Shown piece after piece: positions 11,321 to 22,100 of a stretch of 41,983 nt of DNA; the stretch's first letter is position 1; each line of letters begins with the position of its first letter. Under the pieces are notes generated by a model. It was not told the DNA's origin. It saw only the letters and a list, made by a program, of their open reading frames with translations, and did no database searches. Made by a program: the position numbers and the translations under genes. This DNA comes from Lama guanicoe (taxonomy: Eukaryota), in assembly GCA_013239625.1 (NCBI GenBank), contig MU053334.1, forward strand, positions 817,190 through 859,172, given 5' to 3'.

Positions 11321-11719
11321 TACAGGTAAATGTGTGCTTTTCTCCTGGCATTTAGTTGCCTCATTATTAACGTATTAGTATTAACCTTTTGATAGGGGAA
11401 TTTGGGAGGGCTTGAACTGAAGTTTTTTTTCCTTTTCCAGTTTTCAGAGGTAGAATTGTTACAGTCGGACCGCACATACGCAATGTATCGTATGTGAACA
11501 CATATACACCACGTACCGCTCATATTTAAAAACTTTGCAGTATGTGCTGATCACTGTTTACAAGAACAGATTAGAGCTTTAGCTTTTTAAACTTACATAT
11601 TATCAAAGGAATAAAGCCAACCACAAAACAAGAGTCAACAGCATGCGGTGATCCAGTCACGAAGGACAGTCAGATGTGCTGACACATATTCAAGAAATCA
11701 GTCCTCTGAGTTATAAATC

Positions 11720-12126
11720 GTAAGTAGTTCAGTTGTGTCCTTTTTTTTTTAAGATTCCACATATGAGTGATATCACATGACATTTTTCTTTCTCTTTCTG
11801 GCTGACTTCTCTTAGAATGATGATCTGCAGGTCCATCCGTGTTGCTGCAAATGAATGGCACTATTTTATTATTTTTTATGGCTGAGTAGTATTCCACTGT
11901 ATACATACACCACAGCTTCTTTACCCAGGCATCTGTTGGTGGACACTTGGGCTGCTTCCATGTCGTGGCTGCTGTAAACAGTGCTGCTATGAACAGCGGG
12001 CTGTGTGTATCCTTTTGAATTAGAGCTTTGGTCTTTTCCAGACAGATGCCCAGGAGAGGGATTGCTGGATCACAGGCAAGTCTATTTTCAGTTTTTACGG
12101 ACCCCCATACCGTTTTCCACGGGGCT
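11720..12126 (-). mobile_element. Younger LINE-1 3' fragment
   Basis: ORF 11670-12209(-) CDPAIPLLGICLEKTKALIQKDTHSPLFIAALFTAATTWKQPKCP is the ORF2p C-terminus. Confidence 0.9.
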
Positions 12127-13949
12127 TCATGGCTGAGCATCTTTGTCATGGTGGTTAGGGCTTTCTTCAACTTCTCTGAAAAATCTCCTGGTTTCCCTCC
12201 TAGGTGCATTGGTTTTTTTTACATTTATTTTTATGGTGAATCTCAAACCTGATTTTGTTTGCCAAGAGAGGCAGGACCAGGGCCTTAGTGGCCCCTGAGT
12301 GCTGGGTCTGCAGAGCCGGCAGGGCTGCGGGATAGACTGCATCTCAGGCGGGTGAGCTGTTGGGTGGGGGGGGCGGATAATTTTAGAAGGGTTGGCTTGT
12401 CCGGGAACACTTTCAAGACATGATGGACCTTTCCTGGGACTCGGGTGACACGGCTTGGGGTAACAGACCCTCTGGACTGAGCCTGGCGAAGCGGGCTGGG
12501 CCAAGGGCTGGACGTGGAGGGAGTATGCGGGGCAGCTCCGTGCTTCACGGAGTTTCGGGGCCGGGGAGCCGCTCCTGATCTGAGGGCAGGGGAGGACGGA
12601 GCCTGGGCGGCACCGATGCCCTGTTTCTGTCAGTGCCACCAGCCCCCGTCAGTTCTACTTCTGAAACCCACCTGGCATCTGGTCTTTGCCATCTTCCCTG
12701 CCCCCACCGAACTCCCGCAGCGCCTTCTGCACACACGCGCTTCATGGACGTCAAGAACCTTAAGCGTATGCTTCTGTGGGGGCTGAGCTTCTCACTCCAG
12801 CCCCGAACCTGGGGGTGGCTGCGGACCCCTGCCACCCCTGAGGCAGCCGGGGAGCTACACGCTTAGAGTGGGGATGTCTTAGATTGAGTTTGCCTCGCCC
12901 TTTGCTGCCCGAGGACCTTCTGAGTGTCACTCCCTTCCAGCTGGGGGTGAGAATCCCGTAGCCCCCCCACCCCCCACATTTCCGGACTTTCTTCACACCT
13001 TTCCTTCTGGCTTGCAAAGCAGGCAGGTCCCTGAACGTCGCCAGATATGGACACAACGGCCGCAGGGAGGCAGCACTGAGCCCCCGAGCGGGCGCTCCTC
13101 CCGGAGACACGCAGTCTGGGGCCGCCTCCCCAGATGCGTAATAACCGTCTTCCCGCCGCTGAAGGCCGCGTCCTCTCCGCCCCCGCCTGGCCACCTGCAG
13201 CACCATGCGTGCGTCTGTGCCGGGAGGTTTCTGGGGCAAGGGACAGGCCACCGCCGAGTCCGTGGGCGGCACAGGCAAGTTCACTTCTTGCCCCTGCGGG
13301 TCAGCTGGGGCTCTGCCCTGCGCGCCCTCCCTCTGGGAGTCAGGACGAGCCCTGGCGGGGACATCGGGGGCTCCTGGTAGAAGGGGACGCCAGTGCGGAG
13401 ACCGCAGCACCTGTTTGCCGGCTTGGACCGCCCCCGCGGCCACGCCCGGCTCCCAGGGGACTCGTGCCGGGCTGCCACCTGCTGCGCAGTGGGGCTCCCG
13501 GGGCAGGGGCCCGGGTCTGCAGGAGCCGCGTCGCGCTCCGTGGCAGCCCAGTGGGTGCCTAAGATGCGCTTTCAGCTCCGGGGTCCTCCGCCTGTCCTCA
13601 CGCCGGCGCCCACGCTCCAGGCGGCACGTTGTCCTCTGAGCGCTGACTTGGTCGCGTTCAGTTAATTCGATGTGAAATAATTCATTCTCGTCACCTGTAG
13701 CCACTGTTTCATGAGTCCTGTGGAGTGGTGTGTTTCTAACCCTGCCATTCCTCCTGCGTTCATAATCTGGAATTCTTCCTCCCACGGTGTGATAACCGTA
13801 ACAGAGCTTGTGTATAAAAAGCAGGGTGAACGCAACATTCTCTCCCTCACTTACTCCTGTTCAAAATAATGAATCGATTCGCAGCCTCCTCCGAAGGCAA
13901 CTGATAAAGGTTGGGTTTTTCGTATTTTTTCCCCTTTAAATGAAAGAAA

Positions 13950-15267
13950 ACTGTATGATTGATCAATAAAAAATGTATGTGTTCAGGTTGTACCACGCGA
14001 TGTTTTGATACATATACACGTTGCGAAATGATGACAGTCATCAAGTCAATTCACACATCCGTCACCTCACAGGTGCCTTTTTGGGGATGAGAACACTTCG
14101 CAAGCTGCTCTCTCAGCGAAGTTCAATCATCCAAGGCAGCGCTGTTACCTCCAGTCACCGTGCTGTGCATTAGGTCCCTGGCACTTACCTGCCTTAAAGC
14201 TGAAAGTTTGTGCCCTTTGACCAGCTCCCCCCATGCCCCTTGCCCTCCAGCCCCTGGTGAAGAGGGGAATGCTGGTTTCACGGTTCTATTCTTTGCTACT
14301 ATGAGTTCAGTATATTTTTTAGATTCCACATGTGAGTGGGTTAACTGTCCTTCTGTGTGTGGCTTGTTTTACTTTGCAGTGTCCTCCAGGTTCACCCGCG
14401 TTGCCACAGTTAGCAGGGTTCCCATCCTTTTGTAAGACTGTATAATATTCCACTGTGCACGTGCGCGCGTGCACGCGCGCGCGCGTGTGTGTACCTATCT
14501 TCTTTATCCATTCATCTGTTGAGGGACACCCAGGCTGCTTCCGTATCTTGGCTGCAGTAAACGTGGGGTGCAGGTAGCTCTCCCGTATATAGTTTTATTT
14601 CTTTTGGGTATGTATCCAGACGCGGAATTGCTGGATCGGAGGGTAAGTCTATTTTCAACTTTTTGAGGAACTTCCATGCTATTTTCCACGGTGGCCGCAC
14701 CGATCTGCATTCCCGCCAGCAGCGTGAAGGGCCCCCTCTGCTCCACGCCCTCTCCAGCCCCTGTTACTTGGGTTCTTTTTGACGACCGCCGTTCCTGCAG
14801 GTGTGAGGTGGTGGCTCGCTGTGGTTGGGATCTGCCTTCCCTGGTGGCGATGCTGAGCACCTTTCCACGTGCCCGCTGGCCGTCTGTACGAGTTCTTGGG
14901 AACATGTCTTTTCGTGTCCTTTGCCCAGTTTTAGCTGAGTTACTTGGTTTTTGTGGTTGAGTTATGTGAGTTCCTTGTGTGTTTGGATATGAAGCCCTTA
15001 TCAGATAAAGTTTTGCAAATACTTTCTCCTGTGCGGGCTGCCTCGCCCCTCACTGACGGCCCCCCTGCCGTGCAGGGGCTTTTCAGGTTGACCTGGTCCC
15101 ACTTGTTTGTTTTTGCTTTTGTTTCCCACGGAGCCGCTGTCCTGGGCTTCCCCTCGGGGGCCGCTGGGTCAGTCTCCTCGCTGGTCACAGGGCTGTTCAG
15201 GTTTTCTCTTCTTCATGATTCAGGCTTGATCGTGTGTTTCCAGGAGTGTATCCATTTCTTCTAGGCT
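13950..15267 (-). mobile_element. LINE-1 (L1MA-like) 3' end plus an adjoining ORF2 fragment
   Basis: ORF 14512-14700(-) WKFLKKLKIDLPSDPAIP; ORF 14940-15188(-) TKAKTNKWDQVNLKSPCTA; L1 3'UTR at about 13950-14350. Confidence 0.9.
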
Positions 15268-15269
15268 GC

Positions 15270-15620
15270 TGTGGAGAAATAAGAAATATATATGGTCTCT
15301 GCGTCCAGCTCCAGCACAGGGCCCCCAGGCCCTCGGAGTTTTGTGGGAGACGGGAGCGTCCTTTGCCGCCCACTACGAGTCCCTTTTGAGTCCTGAGTGT
15401 ATGCTAATGAGGTGACAGGTGGCGCCTGGACAGCCTCCGGGTGGGGCTGGTCCTCAGAGAGACTAACTGATCAGAGGGTGGGACGCACAGGCCTGCCCCG
15501 AGCTCTGGGAAGGGGCAGCGGGGGCTGCAGGCCGAGTGCTGTGAACGCTCGTCAGCACGAGGGTGAGTGCACTTCCAGGCTGCGGAGCCCGTGGAGCTTC
15601 ACGGAGAAGGCGCACCTGAG
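15270..15620 (+). mobile_element. LTR fragment, MER21-like
   Basis: Starts tgtggagaaataagaaatatatatggtctctg...gctaatgaggtgac...ggggctggtc, matching the recalled MER21 5' end. Confidence 0.65.
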
Positions 15621-16936
15621 AGGGCATGGAAACTGCACCCCACACCCAGAGTCCCAGTTCCTGCTGCCAGCGACACCCGCGTGGCAGGCTGTGAGCGACA
15701 GGGCCGACTCTACCGCCGCCAAGGCGGTGACCGATGGGAGCCCAGATCGCCAGTTTTTGTTCTTCTGTGCTTAGGCTCTGTCCCACCAGTACATGACTGT
15801 GTTTTCAGATGACTTGAAACAATCCGTCTCCATTGGTACCACCTTTCGTGAAGTTTGAGAGAATGCTGTTGGGAGGGCCCTTAGGGTAGCAGGGACACCT
15901 CAGAGCACCACTCCCCAAGGTCCTCGGTCTGGGAAGCAGCCGCCGTCTATTCTTTTTCTTGACAATCCCTTATGTGTTCTGCAGATTGAGAAAAACAGGT
16001 GAAGGGCTATGGAGACGTGGAAGTCGCACGCTCTTCCTTAGATGGGTGGGCTTGCGAGGGCTTCCGGTGGCCAGAGGCTGGGGATGCTCGGTCCTCAAAT
16101 GTGAAAGGACAGTGGTTATGCTCAGCCCAGCCCGGGCCACGCTGACTGAGACAGGGGCTTCCCGAGGGCAGCTGGAGGAAGAGAGCTCTCCCATCTAATG
16201 AAGGTGACGGCCGGGGCCTGGGCCGGAGGGGCGTGGAGTCTGAACTCTCCAGGTCTTTTCAGTAGCCTCCTGGGCCTCTGTTGTCCTGGGCCCAGGGACA
16301 GTTCTGTCTCCATCAAATCAATGGCTGATAAAACGCAGGGAAGAGAAGGGTCCAGAGAGAGGGAGGCGATGGGCCAAGGAGGAGGCTCGAGGCAGGGAGA
16401 CCGCCAGCCTCACCTGGTGGGGAGGCTTTTGTGCCTTCTGCCGACATCTCCATCAGCTCCTGAGGTCTGCGAAGCAACCAGAACCAGAACGACAGTGACC
16501 AGAGCAGTGGTACTGACCAAAGGCAGAGCAGTGGTAAGTTGTGGAGCCCAACGTGTCGGCGTGAGATTTCTATTGATTTGCAACATACAATTTAAGATGA
16601 AGCAGAGTGTTTGACATGTCTCTTTAGCTCCCCCCACCTTGTTCCAAGCGGAACGCCAACACTGCGGCCCCGGGGTGAGAGCGCAGGGTTCCGGCACTCC
16701 CGCCTCCGAGCGGGCCGGTCGTGGGCAGGCTGCGTGGTGGCGGGGGCGGCCTGGCTGCAGTCTGACTCGGGGTGAGAGCTGGCGACGTGGGTATTAGGCT
16801 GATTCTCCTCAGGAACGAGCAGCCACGTCAGGCTTCATCCTGCAGGGGGGATGGCCTGAGGCCCCGATCTCAGCGGTGAAGCGCACAGCCCGCCCCGGGA
16901 AACCAGCAGGGCTCACCGGGACCTGAGGTCGGCCTC

Positions 16937-17050
16937 TCAGATCGTGCACTGGCAGCAAAGGGAGACACAGCCGCTGGACTGGGGGCCCCCCCACGAGCCA
17001 CAGCCCGCACAGCGGGAGCCACAGCCCTCAGAACAGCCACAGCGGCCCAC
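16937..17050 (-). pseudogene. KRTAP5-like truncated copy (37 codons in frame, GTG at the start position)
   Basis: Reads (V)GRCGCSEGCGSRCAGCGSWGGPQSSGCVSLCCQCTI*. The 5'UTR ggttctggtggg...ggtcagaggagcaggtggagagag...tcaggtgtagagcctcc is very similar to 5566-5643, but there is no TATA box at the homologous position. Confidence 0.85.
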
Positions 17051-18769
17051 GGTTCTGGTGGGAGGAGGGGGGAGGAGGTCAGAGGAGCAGGTGGAGAGAG
17101 GAGGGCGCTCAGGTGTAGAGCCTCCGGGGTCAGAAGCCTCTCTGCCCCTCCAGGATCGGGTGGGATCTGGGCACCTGCTCACTCCTGTTCCTGCCTGCGG
17201 CGTTTCCCCGGGGGGGCTCCCTGCCCTGCGTTTTCTAACCCCACTGCTTTTTCTACCTCGTGGTCAGTTCCATTGGTGGAACGTTGCTCTCAGTGAAGGA
17301 GAACGGGGTCCCCTTCTCGTGGGGACGCGCGCGGCTCAGAGACCGGTCTCGGGAGCTGAAGCTGAGCCCACGGCCTGGATCGTCCCCGTGCGAGGGTGTC
17401 CTGCAGCCTCTCTTCTTGCTCTGGAGGGGCCCGGGCCCTCATCGTCGCTGTCCACGGGGAGCCCCTGGCCAGGGGCTGCTTCTGAAGAGCCGGGGCTTCG
17501 GCTCTCTGGCCTCCAGGTTTCTCATCCATGTAAGACTTCCCTGGAGATGCTGCGTGTTGACGAGGGAGTGCGTTAAGACGCTTGTCCCAGGGCTCTGCCA
17601 GGGGCTCCACGTGGGAAGGGGCTCCTGTGGTAACGGGTGTGCTTCCAGCCCTTTCAGACCTCTCTGCTCAGCCCGCCGCCAGGGGCGGGGTTCAGGATGC
17701 CAGTGGAAACTGGATGCCAGCGAGACACGTACTTTTTAAGTATAATATGTCCCCAGTATCATCTGCGTGTCAGTGTCGCATCTGTGCTCAGGTGGGGACA
17801 GACGCTGTGCTGTTCTTCCCGCTGCCACACGATGTCGCTCCAAGACCTTGCAGGAGCTGGAGTGCAGGCCAGGAGGCAGCGAAATCCCAGGGCAAAGGCC
17901 GTTCCTCTTCCTTGAAGAAGTTACATAGAGAAGCGGTCACATGGAGGTGCCTGAAACAGTCTCTCAGCCCGCCCGGTGGGCTCCGAGTAACTGCCCCGGG
18001 CGGGCTCCCTGCCCCGGGACGGGACGGGGCGTGTTCTCAGCCGCACGCTTTCTTAGAGCAAGACTGCATTCCCTTTGGCCCTTTGATTGCCTTTAGGTTC
18101 AGTGAGTCAGGCAAAGCGGGTCTCAGTCTGAACAGGGAAGGAGGGCCCCTAAAACGTTCCTGCTGGACTGTCGACCCAGCAGTGGCCTCTGCCCTTGCTG
18201 TGGTGAAGCCAGCAGTGAACAGCTTCCGAACAGGCACCCGCGGAGTACGTGTGTTCCTACAACGTACAGGTGTTCCTGTTCAGTCACGTGCTGCATGTCA
18301 GTTCATCTTCATCTTCTTGAAGGTGAAACGCACGCATGTTTTAACACCCTTTCCCTGCTCCACCTTGGGGACCACATCTGTACCCCCCTCCTCCGACAGT
18401 GCAGCGAGCTTCTCCTTGGAAAAGTCTACACCCACGCGCATGAGCGCACCAGTCTGCGTAAAGCTCTTAAGACTGCGTGTCAGAGCTGATGTCCACGCAC
18501 GGCTTGCAGGCCCCAGATTAAGAGCTCCCTACAAGGGGAGGCTTTAAGGAAGAGGGGAGGTGTCTCCCCTTCACATCCATGGAGGGTGTCCCGTGATTGC
18601 ACGGGCTCTCACTCCTCTACCTCCTGAAGCCAAAATAAAATGAGAGCAAAGGTGCAAGGGCAGCATTTTTTAAAAAAAGATAGTCAAGTACTAACAGAGT
18701 TAGCTGAGCAAGCAAAGTTGCAGGCTTTAGAGAGGATCATGAATGAGCAATGTCCCCAACAGTGGTTCC

Positions 18770-19015
18770 CTTCAGCGAACAGAATGGGCAGAGCTGATGG
18801 TGTGTGACTTGGAGGCCGGGTCGTGAAGGCCAGGTGCCATGCCGCAGTCCAGTGGGGAAGCCCACATGTAAGGAACTGAGGCCTCCAGCCCACAGCCATG
18901 TGGGTGCACCATTTGAGAATGGGTCCTCCAGCCCCAGGCGAGCCTTCAGATGATGCAGCCCCAGTCAACACCTTGACGAGAGTCTTAGGAGAGACCTTGA
19001 GCCAGGATGACTCAG
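18770..19015 (+). mobile_element. MaLR LTR fragment (MLT1F/G-like)
   Basis: ggaactgaggcctccagcccacagccatgtg...cctccagccccaggcgagccttcagatgatgcagcccc...gagaccttgagccag. Confidence 0.8.
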
Positions 19016-19019
19016 GAAA

Positions 19020-20700
19020 ATTTAGAGCCAGACAGAAAAGATTGAAAACAAAGTAAGTATTCAAATGGAGATGCTAGGAAAGTGCCAAAGGAAACTGAAG
19101 TAATTGGGAGGAAGCAGAACAGAAATGAGACATGAGTTACAAAAGAAAGCTTTTTTTGTTTTAAATTAATTAGATAGACGGATCTCTGAAAAACTGAGTC
19201 ACAAAAAGGAAGCAAGATGGAGATAAACAAAATACAAACTGGGCAAGGTTGAATGACGTAGATAGAACAGATTTTACAAAAAGGAACATGGAGAAGAGAT
19301 TCTGCTGGTAAATTTGGTATCTGGAAGAAATGGATACATTTTTGAAAGAAAAAACATGAGATGGTAAAATTCACATGGAAAGATTTGGAAAACTTGAATG
19401 GCTCAATACCATTAAAGACAATGAAATGATCACCAGAAATCTCAAGCCTGGAAAAGCCCCAACCCCAGGTGGCTTTACGGATGAGCTCTAAGAAAGGCCC
19501 ACTCCTACTCACATCCTGAGAATCAAACGGAAGGGAGGCTGAGCAGGTTCATGAAGCCATTATGTCTTGACTTCAAAGTCAGGCAAGGGCTATCAGACAA
19601 AGGAAAATTACAGACCCACTTCATTACGAACAGAAATGCACCATTTCTAAATCAAATATTAGAGCAATCAGACAGGTTATTTAAAGAATAACAAGCCATA
19701 ACCAAGCAGGGCTCGTTCCTAGACTGTGAAGGTGGCTCACCGCCAGTAAACACATCCACATGGCTCACTGCAGCAATGGCTCCAAGGGGAAAAGAAGGCA
19801 TGTGACCATCTCCTCCTGCGTAGCAATAAAGGTTTGATGAAATTAATTATGACGTTGCTGCCCAGAAGTTGAGGGACAGAGGGACCTTCTTTAACCTGAT
19901 AAAATCTGCCTATCGATCTCTCTAGCAAATATATTTAGTTAAGAAATTAAAGAAACATTACATTTTTTTTTAATCTTTTTTGCCGGCGGTGGGGAGGTGA
20001 TTAGGTTTATTTATTTATTTTAATGGAGGTGCTGGGGATTGAACTCGGGACCTCGTGCATGCTAAGCACACGCTCTACCACTGAGCTACACCTTTGCCCC
20101 AGACATATTAAATTTATGCGTAAGATCAGCATTGCATCGTGACTACAGGAAAAGACAAAGGGGTCATTTGCAGATGACATGGTCATCTACGAAGAAAAGC
20201 AATCCAGAACCAGCAGAGACAGAATGAGAGAATTCAGCAAGGTCTCAGGGTATCTGCTCAGCATTCAAGAAGTAATCGTTTTCTTCATCGGGAACTGGAA
20301 CGTGAGATAATGTGCACAAGGGCAAGTGTCAGCTACCCGGGATCGCTCCTCGCTCAGGCTGGTCCTTCACCGAACTACTCAACTGGAGAAAGCCTGCACT
20401 GACACAACGTAGCAATTGACCGCATGATACGTGGCAGTGGACCTGAACTGATAAAACAGTGGTGGGAGGAAGATGCCGGTCCTCTCCCAGCTGGCCTACA
20501 CAGCTCACTCTAACAGCTCCCAGAAGGCTCTGGGAAGAACTTAACAAACAATTCTGAAATTACACGGAAGCCTGAGGCTTCAGGGGCCACAGCAAGGGGA
20601 GAGTCCGCCTCCCCGACGTGGAGCCTGGGCCCTGAGAGGCCGTGCTGGGTCCGAGCGGGGAGGCAAGGAGGCCAGGGACAGCGGGCAAACTATGCACCAG
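19020..20700 (+). mobile_element. Old L1M ORF2 remnant, interrupted by a SINE
   Basis: A-rich degenerate ORF2 motifs: gaagaaatggatacattttt, gaaaacttgaatggctcaata, aaggaaaattacagaccca, tttgcagatgacatggtcatctac (FADDM). Confidence 0.75.
19962..20100 (-). mobile_element. Vic-1-type camelid SINE, full length
   Basis: ggggaggtgattaggtttatttattt...ggggattgaactcgggacctcgtgcatgctaagcacacgctctaccactgagctac. Confidence 0.9.
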
Positions 20701-20741
20701 ACAGACGAGGGACTGGGTTCATACAAAGAAACGTGCCTTCG

Positions 20742-20906
20742 ACACAGGGATCTCTATTCAATTTCTTGTAATAAGCTATAGTGGAAAAGAATCTGAAAAT
20801 ATATGTACGATTATGTATGTACACGCGTAACTGGATCGCTTTGCTCTACACCTGAAACTCACGTTGCAAGTCTACTACACCTCAATAAAAACAAAATAAA
20901 ATAAAA
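20742..20906 (+). mobile_element. LINE-1 extreme 3' end with A-rich tail
   Basis: cacagggatctctattcaatttcttgtaataag...ctacacctgaaact...ctcaataaaaacaaaataaaataaaa. Confidence 0.85.
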
Positions 20907-21399
20907 GGAAATGTGGCTTTTCACATTTACACAAAATTTTACAAATACAGTATTCTGCAAGTGAGAGGAACGAAATAAGATCTGAGGGGCAAGGTGTATG
21001 TCCATTTAAACTGAAACATGAAGAGCCAGACTGTGTTTTCCCAGGAGGTACATGTCTGCGTGAGTATCTCTGAAGCGCATTCGTGGAGGTTCCTTTGTGG
21101 GGGGAGCCCCTCCCTGACAGGGAGGCAGGATGAGAATAATCGGAACCAAGTAAGGAGAGACCGTTTTCAAAAGACACCGGTGACCCCGGCTCTCGGCTCT
21201 CGTGACTAACCGCGCTCATTCGGAAGATGCAGGGGGAACGGGGTGGGGAGGAAGCAGGGGCTCTGCGGCTCACGGGGTCTGCTGACGTCCGCACGGCGGG
21301 CCTGCTGCCGACTGCTCGGAATGAACCTCGTCGTGCTGACTTCCCACCAGAGCTTCCTCTCGCTCTGCTTTGATGTGGGTCAGCCCCAGCAGGATGGAG

Positions 21400-22100
21400 C
21401 CTGTTATCAGCTTGTTGAGGAGCCCGTCCTGCGTGTGTTATCTGGGTTTCTGTCCTGTTTGGGGCTGTTTGCCTTTCTTCTTTACTTCAGAGGCGTTGCG
21501 TCTAAGTATGCTGTCCCTGGGTCATACTTGTTTTCGACGGGTTTTTGGAGATATTGCGCCAACGTCTTTGGGTCTGGGATGTTCTGAGGGGCATCTGGAG
21601 CCAGCCAGATATCTCCGTATCTGGGAATCTGCTGTTTTCACAACATTTTAAACCCCTTTGGAATGCATCACCGGAATCGCTGTGTGTCCTGGGCTGGGGC
21701 TCGTTCCCCCTTGAGCCACGTTGTGTCCCTTTGGCTAAACTCTCAGATTTTCCTTCAGGTCACGGGGAATTTCACATATTGAGACGGTATTTCAGCTCCA
21801 CATCCTGGGGTCTTCACCACGCGCACGGGGGCTGGTCCCCCCTGCCCTCCGCATCTGGGAGCCCCTCCCTGGCTGATGCGGCAGCCCTGCATTCGCACCT
21901 ACACCGCGGGCCTCCCAAGTCTACTTTTTTGGTGTCAGCTCTTCCATGTCTAGCCATCCCTGTGCCGCCCCGTGTTTTTCTACTGCTGTTACTCTGTCTG
22001 TAATGACCTGCGACGCCTGATCTTTGTTCACAAAGGCCTCTTCAGCTCCCCTTTAAAACTTACTCCATGGTTTAATCATTTCACCTGTGAGTCCCCTTAA
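21400..22100 (-). mobile_element. Degenerate L1 ORF1-region fragment
   Basis: cttctttacttcagaggcgttgcgtctaagtatgctgtccctgggtcatacttgttttc...ttggagatattgcgccaacgtctttgg resembles antisense L1M ORF1 as recalled. Confidence 0.45.

Noticed and set aside
12760..13785. 341-aa minus-strand ORF
   Set aside because: Arg/Gly/Pro-rich low-information translation expected in GC-rich DNA; no recognisable domain, and a non-ATG start
17582..18547. 321-aa plus-strand ORF
   Set aside because: No recognisable family, non-ATG start and no promoter or splice evidence; BLASTP/PhyloCSF would be needed to rescue it
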